From Candidatus Moraniibacteriota bacterium (GTDB lineage: Bacteria > Patescibacteriota > Minisyncoccia > Moranbacterales > DUUL01), in contig JAWOGA010000050.1 of NCBI GenBank assembly GCA_046497225.1, positions 1 through 37,959 of the forward strand: DNA of 37,959 bases, given 5' to 3'. The notes under the pieces are model-generated. The model did no database searches. It was given only the letters and a program-made list of their open reading frames with translations, and was not told where the DNA came from. How positions within the stretch are numbered: position 1 is the stretch's first letter; each line of letters starts with the position of its first letter. Positions 26,478 through 33,786 of the stretch are shown here, piece by piece. The position numbers and the translations under genes were made by a program.

Positions 26478-26612
26478 GTTGGACTTTGTGTTGAAGTGTA
26501 TCTTCGACCCGGTCCAAGGATCCTAAAATCTCCTAAAAAAGCGCTAATATTTTAATTCCTTGGTTTAAAAACGAAAAAAAGCCCGCGGCCGCTGCCGAGG
26601 ACTTTTTGGATT

Positions 26613-26891
26613 TTAGCAAATTATTTTTAAAACGAAATTGAATTCTAAGCCTTCCCGCCCTAGGCGATTGGAAATAACCTCCTTGATTTCTCTGGGAGGA
26701 TGCTCCATGCCGTAAAGAATAAAAGCCTCCTCTTTTGAGGCGAGTCCCATTATTTTTGCAATGTCAGCCTTGGTTAGCTGATTTTCTAAAGTACTGGTTG
26801 GGTTTCTGTTGAAGATAATTTTTAAGCTTTTTTCAATTACATTAACAACGATAACCGGTTCTGATAGTCCTATATTTGTTTCAACTTCCAT
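26613..26891 (-). CDS. hypothetical protein (92 aa), last gene of the udg cluster
   Basis: I trimmed the track ORF (26613-27011) to the ATG at 26891. GGAGG lies ~7 nt upstream of it, and the longer version overlaps the UDG 3' end by 98 nt. No motif recognised. Confidence 0.45.
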   Translation of the reverse strand: MEVETNIGLSEPVIVVNVIEKSLKIIFNRNPTSTLENQLTKADIAKIMGLASKEEAFILYGMEHPPREIKEVISNRLGREGLEFNFVLKIIC

Positions 26892-26913
26892 TGCAAAACC
26901 TCCAAATTCAGAT

Positions 26914-27540
26914 TTAAAGCAAAGAACTTTGCCTGGACTCTTCTTTCTCTCGAGATGATTTGCCCTCCTCTTCTTCCTTGATAATTTTAACAACTTTGGT
27001 GATTTTGGCAAAATCTGTAAAGAGAGTGTCTTTTAAGCCTCCATTATACAATGCGGCAGCCGGATGATAGCAAGGGAAAAAAACTACTTTTCCAAAGGGT
27101 GGAAATTCTTTACGCAAGGCTCGACCGTGATGTTCTGTGATTCTGGCTTTTGGCAAAAACCTTTGCAAGCTATGCCGACCAAGTAAAACAATTAGTTTTG
27201 GCTGAATAATAGAAATTTGTTTTTCAAGCCAAGGCCAACAGGTATCAACTTCCTGTGGGAGAGGATCTCTATTCCCGGGCGGACGGCATTTTACAACATT
27301 GGCAATATAGACATCTTTTCTTTGAAGATTATTTTGAGCCAACATTTCATCCAAAAGCTTGCCGGCAGCTCCAACAAATGGCTCTCCTTGCAAGTCCTCA
27401 TTTTTCCCCGGTCCTTCTCCAATGAACATAATTTCCGCCTTGGGATTTCCAGATCCGGGAACCACATTGGTCCTACCTTCTGAGAGCTGGCAGGCAACAC
27501 AGGTTTTGATTTGTTTTTCCAATTCTGCAAAACTTTTCAT
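26914..27540 (-). CDS. udg: uracil-DNA glycosylase, family 4 (Fe-S type)
   Basis: CVACQLSEGRTNVVPGSGNPKAEIMFIGEGPG, GEPFVGAAGKLLD, VVKCRPPGNRDP and the HP motif (CYHPAAALY) are family-4 UDG signatures. Confidence 0.9.
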   Translation of the reverse strand: MKSFAELEKQIKTCVACQLSEGRTNVVPGSGNPKAEIMFIGEGPGKNEDLQGEPFVGAAGKLLDEMLAQNNLQRKDVYIANVVKCRPPGNRDPLPQEVDTCWPWLEKQISIIQPKLIVLLGRHSLQRFLPKARITEHHGRALRKEFPPFGKVVFFPCYHPAAALYNGGLKDTLFTDFAKITKVVKIIKEEEEGKSSREKEESRQSSLL

Positions 27541-27548
27541 TGTAATTA

Positions 27549-27857
27549 CTAAAACTTATACTTGCTTCCTCGTTCTTCTGAAACTTTATTAAATTTTTCT
27601 TTAATTAAATCCGACATAGAATATCCTAGTCTCGTACAAAGCAAGTCGGCATAAATTACCACATCAGCCACTTCTTCAGCAATATCTTTTTTGTCAATAC
27701 TTTCTCCCCGTCTCAACTTCTTTATTTTATTGCAAGCCTCTCCGCATTCGCCGGCCATAGCGTTGCCCCAATCCGAATAAGACCAGTCTTCCAGCTTGTG
27801 AAAAACCTCATCGCACCGCTTTTTGTTTAATTCGGAAAATTTTTCAAAATCAAACAT
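27549..27857 (-). CDS. MazG-like nucleoside triphosphate pyrophosphohydrolase (small all-alpha type)
   Basis: 102 aa. ExxE (AGECGEACNKIKK) and EExxD (AEEVADVVIYADLL) metal-binding helices are typical of MazG-type NTP-PPases. Confidence 0.7.
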   Translation of the reverse strand: MFDFEKFSELNKKRCDEVFHKLEDWSYSDWGNAMAGECGEACNKIKKLRRGESIDKKDIAEEVADVVIYADLLCTRLGYSMSDLIKEKFNKVSEERGSKYKF

Positions 27858-28057
27858 AAAAAATGCTTTAATTATAGCTATCTTTTTTTGGTTACTGTTA
27901 CCTTATTTTAATATTTTTCTTTTCTTTCGGAATTAAAATCACAAAACACAAATTACAAATCCCAAACAATAAACAAATTCAAAAGCACAACACGCAAACA
28001 TTTAAACTTGTGTTAAAATTTTGATTTGCTTGTTCATTATGGATTAGAATTTGTAGA

Positions 28058-28909
28058 TTATTTATCTAAAAAATTTCCAGTTCTTTTTAAATCTTCAATT
28101 ATCTTATCATGCTTGGTTTCCAGATACAAATTGGCTTCCAGTTGTTGAGCTTTTTGCGCTACTGCTTTCATTCCATTTTTCCCTATTTTACCTTCTCCTA
28201 TGTGTTCATGGCGATCAATGTGAGAGTTAAAATCAGCCTTGGAGTCATTAAAGTGAATGCACTTCAAATTTGCCAATCCAATTTGATCATCTATTTTTTG
28301 AAAAGTTTCTTCTACATCATTCGGGGTTCTCAAGTCGCAACCGGCGGAAAAAGCATGGCAAGTATCAAAACAAAAACCCAATTGAACACTGTTATCCAAG
28401 GCTTTCTTAAAAAAGAAATTAAAATCTTCCAAATTATCTCCGACTATGTTTCCGCTTCCGGCGGCAATTTCCAAAACAAGCAAAGCTTTGCCTTGATAAT
28501 CTTGATGAATTGCGGTTAAACCTTCCAAAATTTTTTCTTGAATTTGTTTTTGATATTTATTTTTGTCTAAATCTCTGGAACTGCCCAAATGCGTAATCAC
28601 ATATGGACATTTAATTTGATTAGCAACTTCCAATTCTTCTCTTAAAACACGAATAGAATTATTAAAAATTTTCTGATCTGCGCTAGCTAAATTAACATAA
28701 TAAGGAGTATGGATAATGTAATCTCTTCCAACATTAAAACCATATTTTTTACACTCTTGAAAAAATTTTTCTTTGTCAACTTCCTTTCTCTTCCCACCTC
28801 TTGGGGATCTGGTAAAAATTTGAAAGCATTCGCAATCGATTTCCGCAGCGTTTTTAGGAGATTTTTCCACTCCTCCGGCAATGGAAACATGAGCTCCGAC
28901 TTTGATCAT
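28058..28909 (-). CDS. nfo: deoxyribonuclease IV (endonuclease IV, AP endonuclease)
   Basis: MIKVGAHVSIAGG, IHTPYYVNLAS, VITHLGS, LEIAAGSG, CFDTCHAFSAG and HFNDSK...DRHEHIGEG are the Nfo metal-ligand motifs. Confidence 0.95.
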   Translation of the reverse strand: MIKVGAHVSIAGGVEKSPKNAAEIDCECFQIFTRSPRGGKRKEVDKEKFFQECKKYGFNVGRDYIIHTPYYVNLASADQKIFNNSIRVLREELEVANQIKCPYVITHLGSSRDLDKNKYQKQIQEKILEGLTAIHQDYQGKALLVLEIAAGSGNIVGDNLEDFNFFFKKALDNSVQLGFCFDTCHAFSAGCDLRTPNDVEETFQKIDDQIGLANLKCIHFNDSKADFNSHIDRHEHIGEGKIGKNGMKAVAQKAQQLEANLYLETKHDKIIEDLKRTGNFLDK

Positions 28910-29013
28910 AGCTTTATTTTAGCTTTTAGCTGATTAGCTTATCAACTTTATAGTAAAAATAATAGATTTTAGTTTATGAATAGATAGTCTGAAAGACGCT
29001 CGCCACGTGGCTT

Positions 29014-29245
29014 GCTGCTCTCCTCCACGGAAAACTACCGTTTTCCGACCCTTTCCCGGTTCGAATTAACTTGATTTATTATAATGTGCGGAGGCGGAGG
29101 GAATCTCACCCATCTTGAGAACCCACGGTTCTCAACGCTCACCGCTATCGCGTTTCGCTGCTCTCCTCCACGGAAAACTACCGTTTTCCGACCCTTTCCC
29201 GGTTCGAATTAACTTGATTTATTATAATGTGCGGAGGCGGAGGGA
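29014..29245 (-). repeat. two perfect 89-bp direct repeats (29014-29102 and 29157-29245, period 143 bp); the second overlaps the 3' end of tRNA-Ser(TGA)
   Basis: gctgctctcctccacggaaaactaccgttttccgaccctttcccggttcgaattaacttgatttattataatgtgcggaggcggaggga occurs twice, identically. The 54-nt unique segment between the copies, together with the flanks, resembles a degenerate tRNA-Ser. Confidence 0.9.
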
Positions 29246-29319
29246 TTCGAACCCCCGGTTGCCGATAAGACAACAACGGTTTTCAAGACCGCCGCTTTCG
29301 ACCACTCAGCCACGCCTCC
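29232..29319 (-). tRNA. tRNA-Ser (TGA), class II
   Basis: Minus strand: GGAGGCG-TG-GCTGAGTGGTCGAAAGC...; anticodon loop CTTGAAA; long variable arm; T arm GGGGG-TTCGAAT-CCCTC; acceptor CGCCTCC; discriminator G. No CCA. Confidence 0.9.
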
Positions 29320-29418
29320 GTTATTTTAGCTTTTTAAGTTGCCAATTAGCTACTTGCAATTAAATTAATTATTTTGATACTTAACAAAACCAATAATGGA
29401 GTAACAACTTGGAAACTT

Positions 29419-29741
29419 TTATAAACCCTCCCATTCATCATCAATCTTTCTGATTGAAAATCCTCCAATAGGAAAACCTGTTTCATCATAAATAGCTTTA
29501 TAAACAACAGGGTACATGATTTTTCCTTTGGGGTTCTGGCCTTCTCTGGTGTACTCCAGTTCTATTTTTTCTTCTCCCGTTTCCAGCTCAACTCTGAAAA
29601 GAAGTAATCCTTTTTCATCTTCTTTTTTTCAATTTCATTAAATTCCGCTCCTCCCAAAAGCTTTTCAAAAACTGTCTTCACCTCCTCTAAATTTGGTGCT
29701 TCTCTCTTTTTTTCAAAATTTGGCATGAATTTTTCACTCAT
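29419..29741 (-). pseudogene. ~108-codon hypothetical gene interrupted by a 1-nt frameshift in an A7 run (T7 on the plus strand, about 29623-29629)
   Basis: Hand translation. MSEKFMPNFEKKREAPNLEEVKTVFEKLLGGAEFNEIEKK reads through to a stop 20 codons later. Adding one A restores ...EDEKGLLLFRVELETGEEKIELEYTREGQNPKGKIMYPVVYKAIYDETGFPIGGFSIRKIDDEWEGL ending at TAA (29421-29419). The span is 323 nt, one short of a multiple of 3. Confidence 0.6.
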
Positions 29742-29965
29742 ATTTTTTTAATAAAATATTAGAATTAAAGGTAGAAAAAACAAATTCGTCCTGCACCCTC
29801 CTAGCTCCATATGCATTCCACGCACGCAGAACAAACCCGTAGAGTTGTTTACAATAAAAACTACCGATTTCCACCTGTACGGCTTTGACGAAACCCTTTC
29901 ATAGTTCGAATCTCAAAAAGTTGGACATTCAGGAATACTTCTTGTGTAATAAGATGAAAGTACCA

Positions 29966-30035
29966 TGCGGTGAGGGAGGGATTCGCCCGCTATTCAGCGG
30001 GCGCCCGGCGTATGCCGGGCAAAACCCTCGTTAAC
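29966..30035 (-). other. duplicated tRNA-Ser(GGA) 3' fragment (T arm plus acceptor 3' strand) with a 37-nt double GC-hairpin insertion in the T loop
   Basis: Minus strand: CGAGGGTT-[TTGCCCGGCATACGCCGGGCGCCCGCTGAATAGCGGG]-CGAATCCCTCCCTCACCGCA. Without the bracketed part it equals the last 28 nt of the adjacent tRNA plus one flanking base. Confidence 0.7.
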
Positions 30036-30037
30036 TG

Positions 30038-30123
30038 CGGTGAGGGAGGGATTCGAACCCTCGGTAGCTATAAACTACACACGCTTTCCAAGCGTGCGCC
30101 TTCGACCACTCGGCCACCTCACC
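30038..30123 (-). tRNA. tRNA-Ser (GGA), class II
   Basis: Minus strand: GGTGAGG-TG-GCCGAGTGGTCGAAGGC...; anticodon loop TTGGAAA; long variable arm; T arm GAGGG-TTCGAAT-CCCTC; acceptor CCTCACC; discriminator G. No CCA. Confidence 0.9.
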
Positions 30124-30298
30124 AAATTCAATTTTGAATTTAAAATTTTGAATTTTGAATGACTATAGAAACTAATAGACCGGGCCAGAGGCCCGCTCCA
30201 GCGAAAACCTATCAATTAGCACAGAATCGATTCTAATAAAATATATCCAACCTACAGCCCGCGAAGACGGGCGAAATTGCAAATTGCAAATTACGAAA

Positions 30299-31591
30299 TC
30301 ACTCAATTCCCCAAATTAAACTTCCTTTTCTTTTAACGCTCTTATCATCAGACTTCAATTTTAAATGAACATCTTCTTGTCTCAAGCAAGCAAGCTTCTT
30401 GGCATCTTTTAGATTATCAACTTTAATAATCCTACTCTTCTTCTTTTCTTCTTCTTTCCGCAACTGGAAAATCATTTTAGCAAACTTTCCCACCTTTTTC
30501 AATGGCTTATCGTTATAAGGAGATTTTTCGGTATTTTCTATCACGCGAACTGCTGTTTCAACGGCTTTAAGTGGGTATTTTCCAGCAGCTGTTTCATTGC
30601 TAAACATTATAGAATCAGCACAATCTACAACTGCGTTGGTGACATCTGAAATTTCCGCCCTGGTTGGACGAGGATTCTCCACCATAGAAGCAAACATTTG
30701 GGTGGCCACGATGACCGGTTTTTCTTTCTTGAGACATTTGTTGATTATTCTCTTCTGCAAAACTACTACTTCTTCTTGAGGCATTTCTATAGCTAAATCT
30801 CCCCTGGCTATCATTATAGCATCTGATTCTTCAATAATTTCGTCAATATTCTTAATAGCCTCTTTTGTTTCAACTTTAGAAATTATCCAAGGATAAGCCA
30901 ATCCGCTATTTTTTGCTTTCACTGATCCTTTCCTGGACCGTTGTAGATTTTTTTCTTTTTGAAGAGTTTTTCTAATTATGTGCCTTAAATTCTTTAATTG
31001 TTTAGCATTAGAAACAAAAGAAGCCGCCAAGAAATCCACTCCCAAAGGAAGAATAAATTCTATATCTTTTATATCTTTATCCGTTAAAAACCCCATATGG
31101 CTTGAAGCTTTGGGAATATTAACTCCCTTATGAGATTTAACAACTCCTCCTGTGATTACCTCTGCTACACATCCATCTTTTTTCTTGTCTATCACCTCTA
31201 ATTCTTTCAGCCCATCTTCAATATAGATGCGCTCCCCTAAGTCCACAAAATTGTAAAAATTATCCCAATCAAGTTGGAGTTCCTTTTTAAAACCATAGGT
31301 ATGAACACATTTCTCATCCGTTACAAAAACATTCTCTCCTTTCTCCAATTTCAAAGAACTTTTATTAGCAACTCTAATTCTAGGTCCTTGGATATCAGCT
31401 ATTATCCCAACATTCTTTTTCACTTCCTTGGAAGCTTTTCTGATATTCTTGATTGCCTTTTTATGCCACTCATGTTCTCCATGAGAAAAATTAAGCCGAC
31501 AGACATCCACTCCCGCCTCTATGATTTTTCTTAAGTTCTTAATACTTTCCGTTGCCGGGCCGATGGTGGCCGTGATTTTTGTTTTTCTCAT
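30299..31591 (-). CDS. pyk: pyruvate kinase (short, divergent C-terminal domain)
   Basis: MRKTKITATIGPATES, CRLNFSHGEH, IADIQGPRIRV, MIARGDLAIEMP and VATQMFASMVENPRPTRAEISDVTNAV...SNETAAGKYP are canonical PK motifs. 430 aa, TGA stop. Confidence 0.9.
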   Translation of the reverse strand: MRKTKITATIGPATESIKNLRKIIEAGVDVCRLNFSHGEHEWHKKAIKNIRKASKEVKKNVGIIADIQGPRIRVANKSSLKLEKGENVFVTDEKCVHTYGFKKELQLDWDNFYNFVDLGERIYIEDGLKELEVIDKKKDGCVAEVITGGVVKSHKGVNIPKASSHMGFLTDKDIKDIEFILPLGVDFLAASFVSNAKQLKNLRHIIRKTLQKEKNLQRSRKGSVKAKNSGLAYPWIISKVETKEAIKNIDEIIEESDAIMIARGDLAIEMPQEEVVVLQKRIINKCLKKEKPVIVATQMFASMVENPRPTRAEISDVTNAVVDCADSIMFSNETAAGKYPLKAVETAVRVIENTEKSPYNDKPLKKVGKFAKMIFQLRKEEEKKKSRIIKVDNLKDAKKLACLRQEDVHLKLKSDDKSVKRKGSLIWGIE

Positions 31592-31699
31592 GGTTAATAA
31601 TTGTTATTCTTTAAAAAATAGATGATAAATCCAAAAACAACACTTATACTCAAAATAAGTACTTAAACACCTTTTCCTCCTCCATTCAAATGAAGATTG

Positions 31700-32128
31700 T
31701 TATTTTATAATTTCAATTTTTCCAATCAGGGGCAGAGGCTTGGTTTTTTCTTTTACTCCATTGATAATTCCCATGATAGCAAATATTATTACAGCCAAAC
31801 CACCGAACGGTAAAATAATAAACCAACCCAGAATAGGTATTATTCCACCAACAATGTTAACTGCAATTGCAGTAAGCAATAACACTAATTGCTGATTAGC
31901 ATGATATTTGGAGTAATGATTTTGCTTCAACTCCTCCATAACCAGAGGAACAAAAAATAAAATAGGAAAAATATAGCCCACAATACTCCAGAGTTTGGCA
32001 TCGCCGGAAACATTTCCTTCTTTGCTTTTTTCTCCGGAGGATTGTTGAGATTTTTCGGGCTGAGCGGAGCTCTTCTCTGAATCTTCTCTTTGTTTTGAAT
32101 TTTGGTTTTTATCAGTCATTTTTTTCAC
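31700..32128 (-). CDS. DUF4870-like small membrane protein (tandem paralog 1)
   Basis: Charged N-terminus, then AKLWSIVGYIFPILFFVPLV...YSKYHANQQLVLLL...GGIIPILGWFIILPFG. The family call is from memory of the H-x-x-Q motif, so confidence is moderate. Confidence 0.55.
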   Translation of the reverse strand: MKKMTDKNQNSKQREDSEKSSAQPEKSQQSSGEKSKEGNVSGDAKLWSIVGYIFPILFFVPLVMEELKQNHYSKYHANQQLVLLLTAIAVNIVGGIIPILGWFIILPFGGLAVIIFAIMGIINGVKEKTKPLPLIGKIEIIK

Positions 32129-32167
32129 CTTCCTTTCTAGGTTTATGTTATTAAATTAAACCTCGCC

Positions 32168-32605
32168 TTATTTTATAATTTCAATTTTTCCAATCAGGGG
32201 CAGAGGCTTGGTTTTTTCTTTTACTCCATTGATAATTCCCATAATGGCAAAAACAAAAATTGCCAGATTTCCAAAGGGAATAATAATAAACCAACCCAGA
32301 ATAGGTATTATTCCACCAACAAAATTAACAGCCAAGGAAGCAATCAACAAAACTAACTGTTGATTAGCATGAAATTTGGAATAGCTGTTATTTTTCAAAT
32401 CTTCTATAACCAGAGGAATAAAAAATAAAATAGGAAAAATGTAACCTACAATGCTCCAGAGTTTGGCATTACTTGTTGCATTGATTTGGGAATTTTGCTG
32501 TCCTTGCGCTTGATCTCCCTTCTCCTCAGAGCCAACCCCTGGTTGCTGCTCTTGATCCTGGTCTTCTTTTTCGGATTCTTGAGTATTTTGATCTTTTTCG
32601 TTCAT
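32168..32605 (-). CDS. DUF4870-like small membrane protein (tandem paralog 2)
   Basis: Same architecture as 31700-32128. The last 25 codons are identical at nucleotide level. Confidence 0.55.
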   Translation of the reverse strand: MNEKDQNTQESEKEDQDQEQQPGVGSEEKGDQAQGQQNSQINATSNAKLWSIVGYIFPILFFIPLVIEDLKNNSYSKFHANQQLVLLIASLAVNFVGGIIPILGWFIIIPFGNLAIFVFAIMGIINGVKEKTKPLPLIGKIEIIK

Positions 32606-32859
32606 ATTTCCACCTGCCTTTCTAGTTTTATATTGTTAGCTATTTGTAATTGGTAATTTGTAAATTGTCTTATTTTTATTTAAACATATAAATTTAAAAT
32701 TGAAAATAGTGATGATTTTATTGTTCTATTTTTTAACAAATAAGAGGTTGAATATTCTCACCAAATCCAAACTCTGCTTAATTAAACATAGCCTTGGTAA
32801 AAATTTAGCAACTGGCCAGTAAAGCAATATTTTACCGGAAATATCCTTCAAAGTTCTAT

Positions 32860-33786
32860 TTACAAATTACCGGCTGAAGACGCCATTCCTCTTAACTTTT
32901 TAATACGTTCTTCAACAGGCGGATGAGTCATAAATAGTTTAGCCGTAAAGCCTTTAGCCCTTTTTCCCTTGAGAGGATTGGCAATGTACATATGAGCGGT
33001 AGCTTTATTAGCCTTCCGAAGCCCGACATTGTCTTGAGAAATTTTTTCCAAAGCATTAGCAAGTCCGTCTGGGTAGCGAGTCAAAAGCGCTCCATCCGCA
33101 TCCGCTAAATACTCTCTTTTTCTGGAAATAGCCAACTGCATTATAATCGCCGCAATAGGAGCCAAAATAGCTAAAGCCAAAGCAACAATGGTTATTGCCA
33201 ACTGCACCCTCCCATCTCTGTTATCGCTATTTCCTCCGGATAATCCTCCAAATATGCTCCATCTTAAAAAAAAGTCTGAAAGTAGAGCTACAAAACCCAC
33301 CAAAACAGTTACCACAGTTCCAAGTAAAATATCTCTGTTGCCGATATGTGACAATTCATGCGCTATTACCCCCTCCAGTTCAGTTTTTTCCAGTTTGTCC
33401 ATCAAACCGGTAGTCAAAGCGACTACGGCATGATCAGGATTCCTTCCGGTAGCAAAAGCGTTGGGGGAAGAATCTTCTATGATATAAATCTTGGGAATTG
33501 GCAACCCGGCTGTAATGCAAAGATTTTCCACTAAATTATAAATTTCGCGAGCATTTTCCCTCTTCACCTCTTTAGCCCCGTTCATAGCCAACACGATCTT
33601 ATCACTCCACCAGTAACTGGCAAAATTCATTAAAACCGCAAAGATTACCGCTCCATAAAGAATATAAGAATTCCCCATGGCTTGAGAGAAAATCCAGCCC
33701 ACGCCAATTATAAAAACCAAAAAACCAACCAGGTAAGCCCAGGTTAAACGAACATTTCTATCTTTTTCGTTGTATAAAGTTGGCAT
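32860..33786 (-). CDS. htpX: zinc metalloprotease HtpX (M48 family)
   Basis: HExxH motif (VIAHELSHIGNRD), EYLADADGA, MTHPPVEERIKKL. Four TM segments. Confidence 0.9.
   Translation of the reverse strand: MPTLYNEKDRNVRLTWAYLVGFLVFIIGVGWIFSQAMGNSYILYGAVIFAVLMNFASYWWSDKIVLAMNGAKEVKRENAREIYNLVENLCITAGLPIPKIYIIEDSSPNAFATGRNPDHAVVALTTGLMDKLEKTELEGVIAHELSHIGNRDILLGTVVTVLVGFVALLSDFFLRWSIFGGLSGGNSDNRDGRVQLAITIVALALAILAPIAAIIMQLAISRKREYLADADGALLTRYPDGLANALEKISQDNVGLRKANKATAHMYIANPLKGKRAKGFTAKLFMTHPPVEERIKKLRGMASSAGNL

Noticed and set aside
26892-27011. N-terminal 40 codons of the 132-aa track ORF (MPKSPKLLKLSRKKRR...).
   Set aside because: This stretch overlaps the 3' end of the well-supported UDG gene by 98 nt. 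An internal ATG at 26891 with a GGAGG site gives a non-overlapping 92-aa gene.
29014-29245. Possible CRISPR array, given the direct repeats with a unique spacer.
   Set aside because: There are only two copies. The repeat is 89 bp, far longer than CRISPR repeats, and it contains a tRNA 3' end. No cas genes are present in the window.
29115-29363. 82-aa plus-strand ORF from the track.
   Set aside because: It runs antisense through the 89-bp repeat and tRNA-Ser(TGA). Its R/P-rich translation is typical of reading through structured RNA genes.
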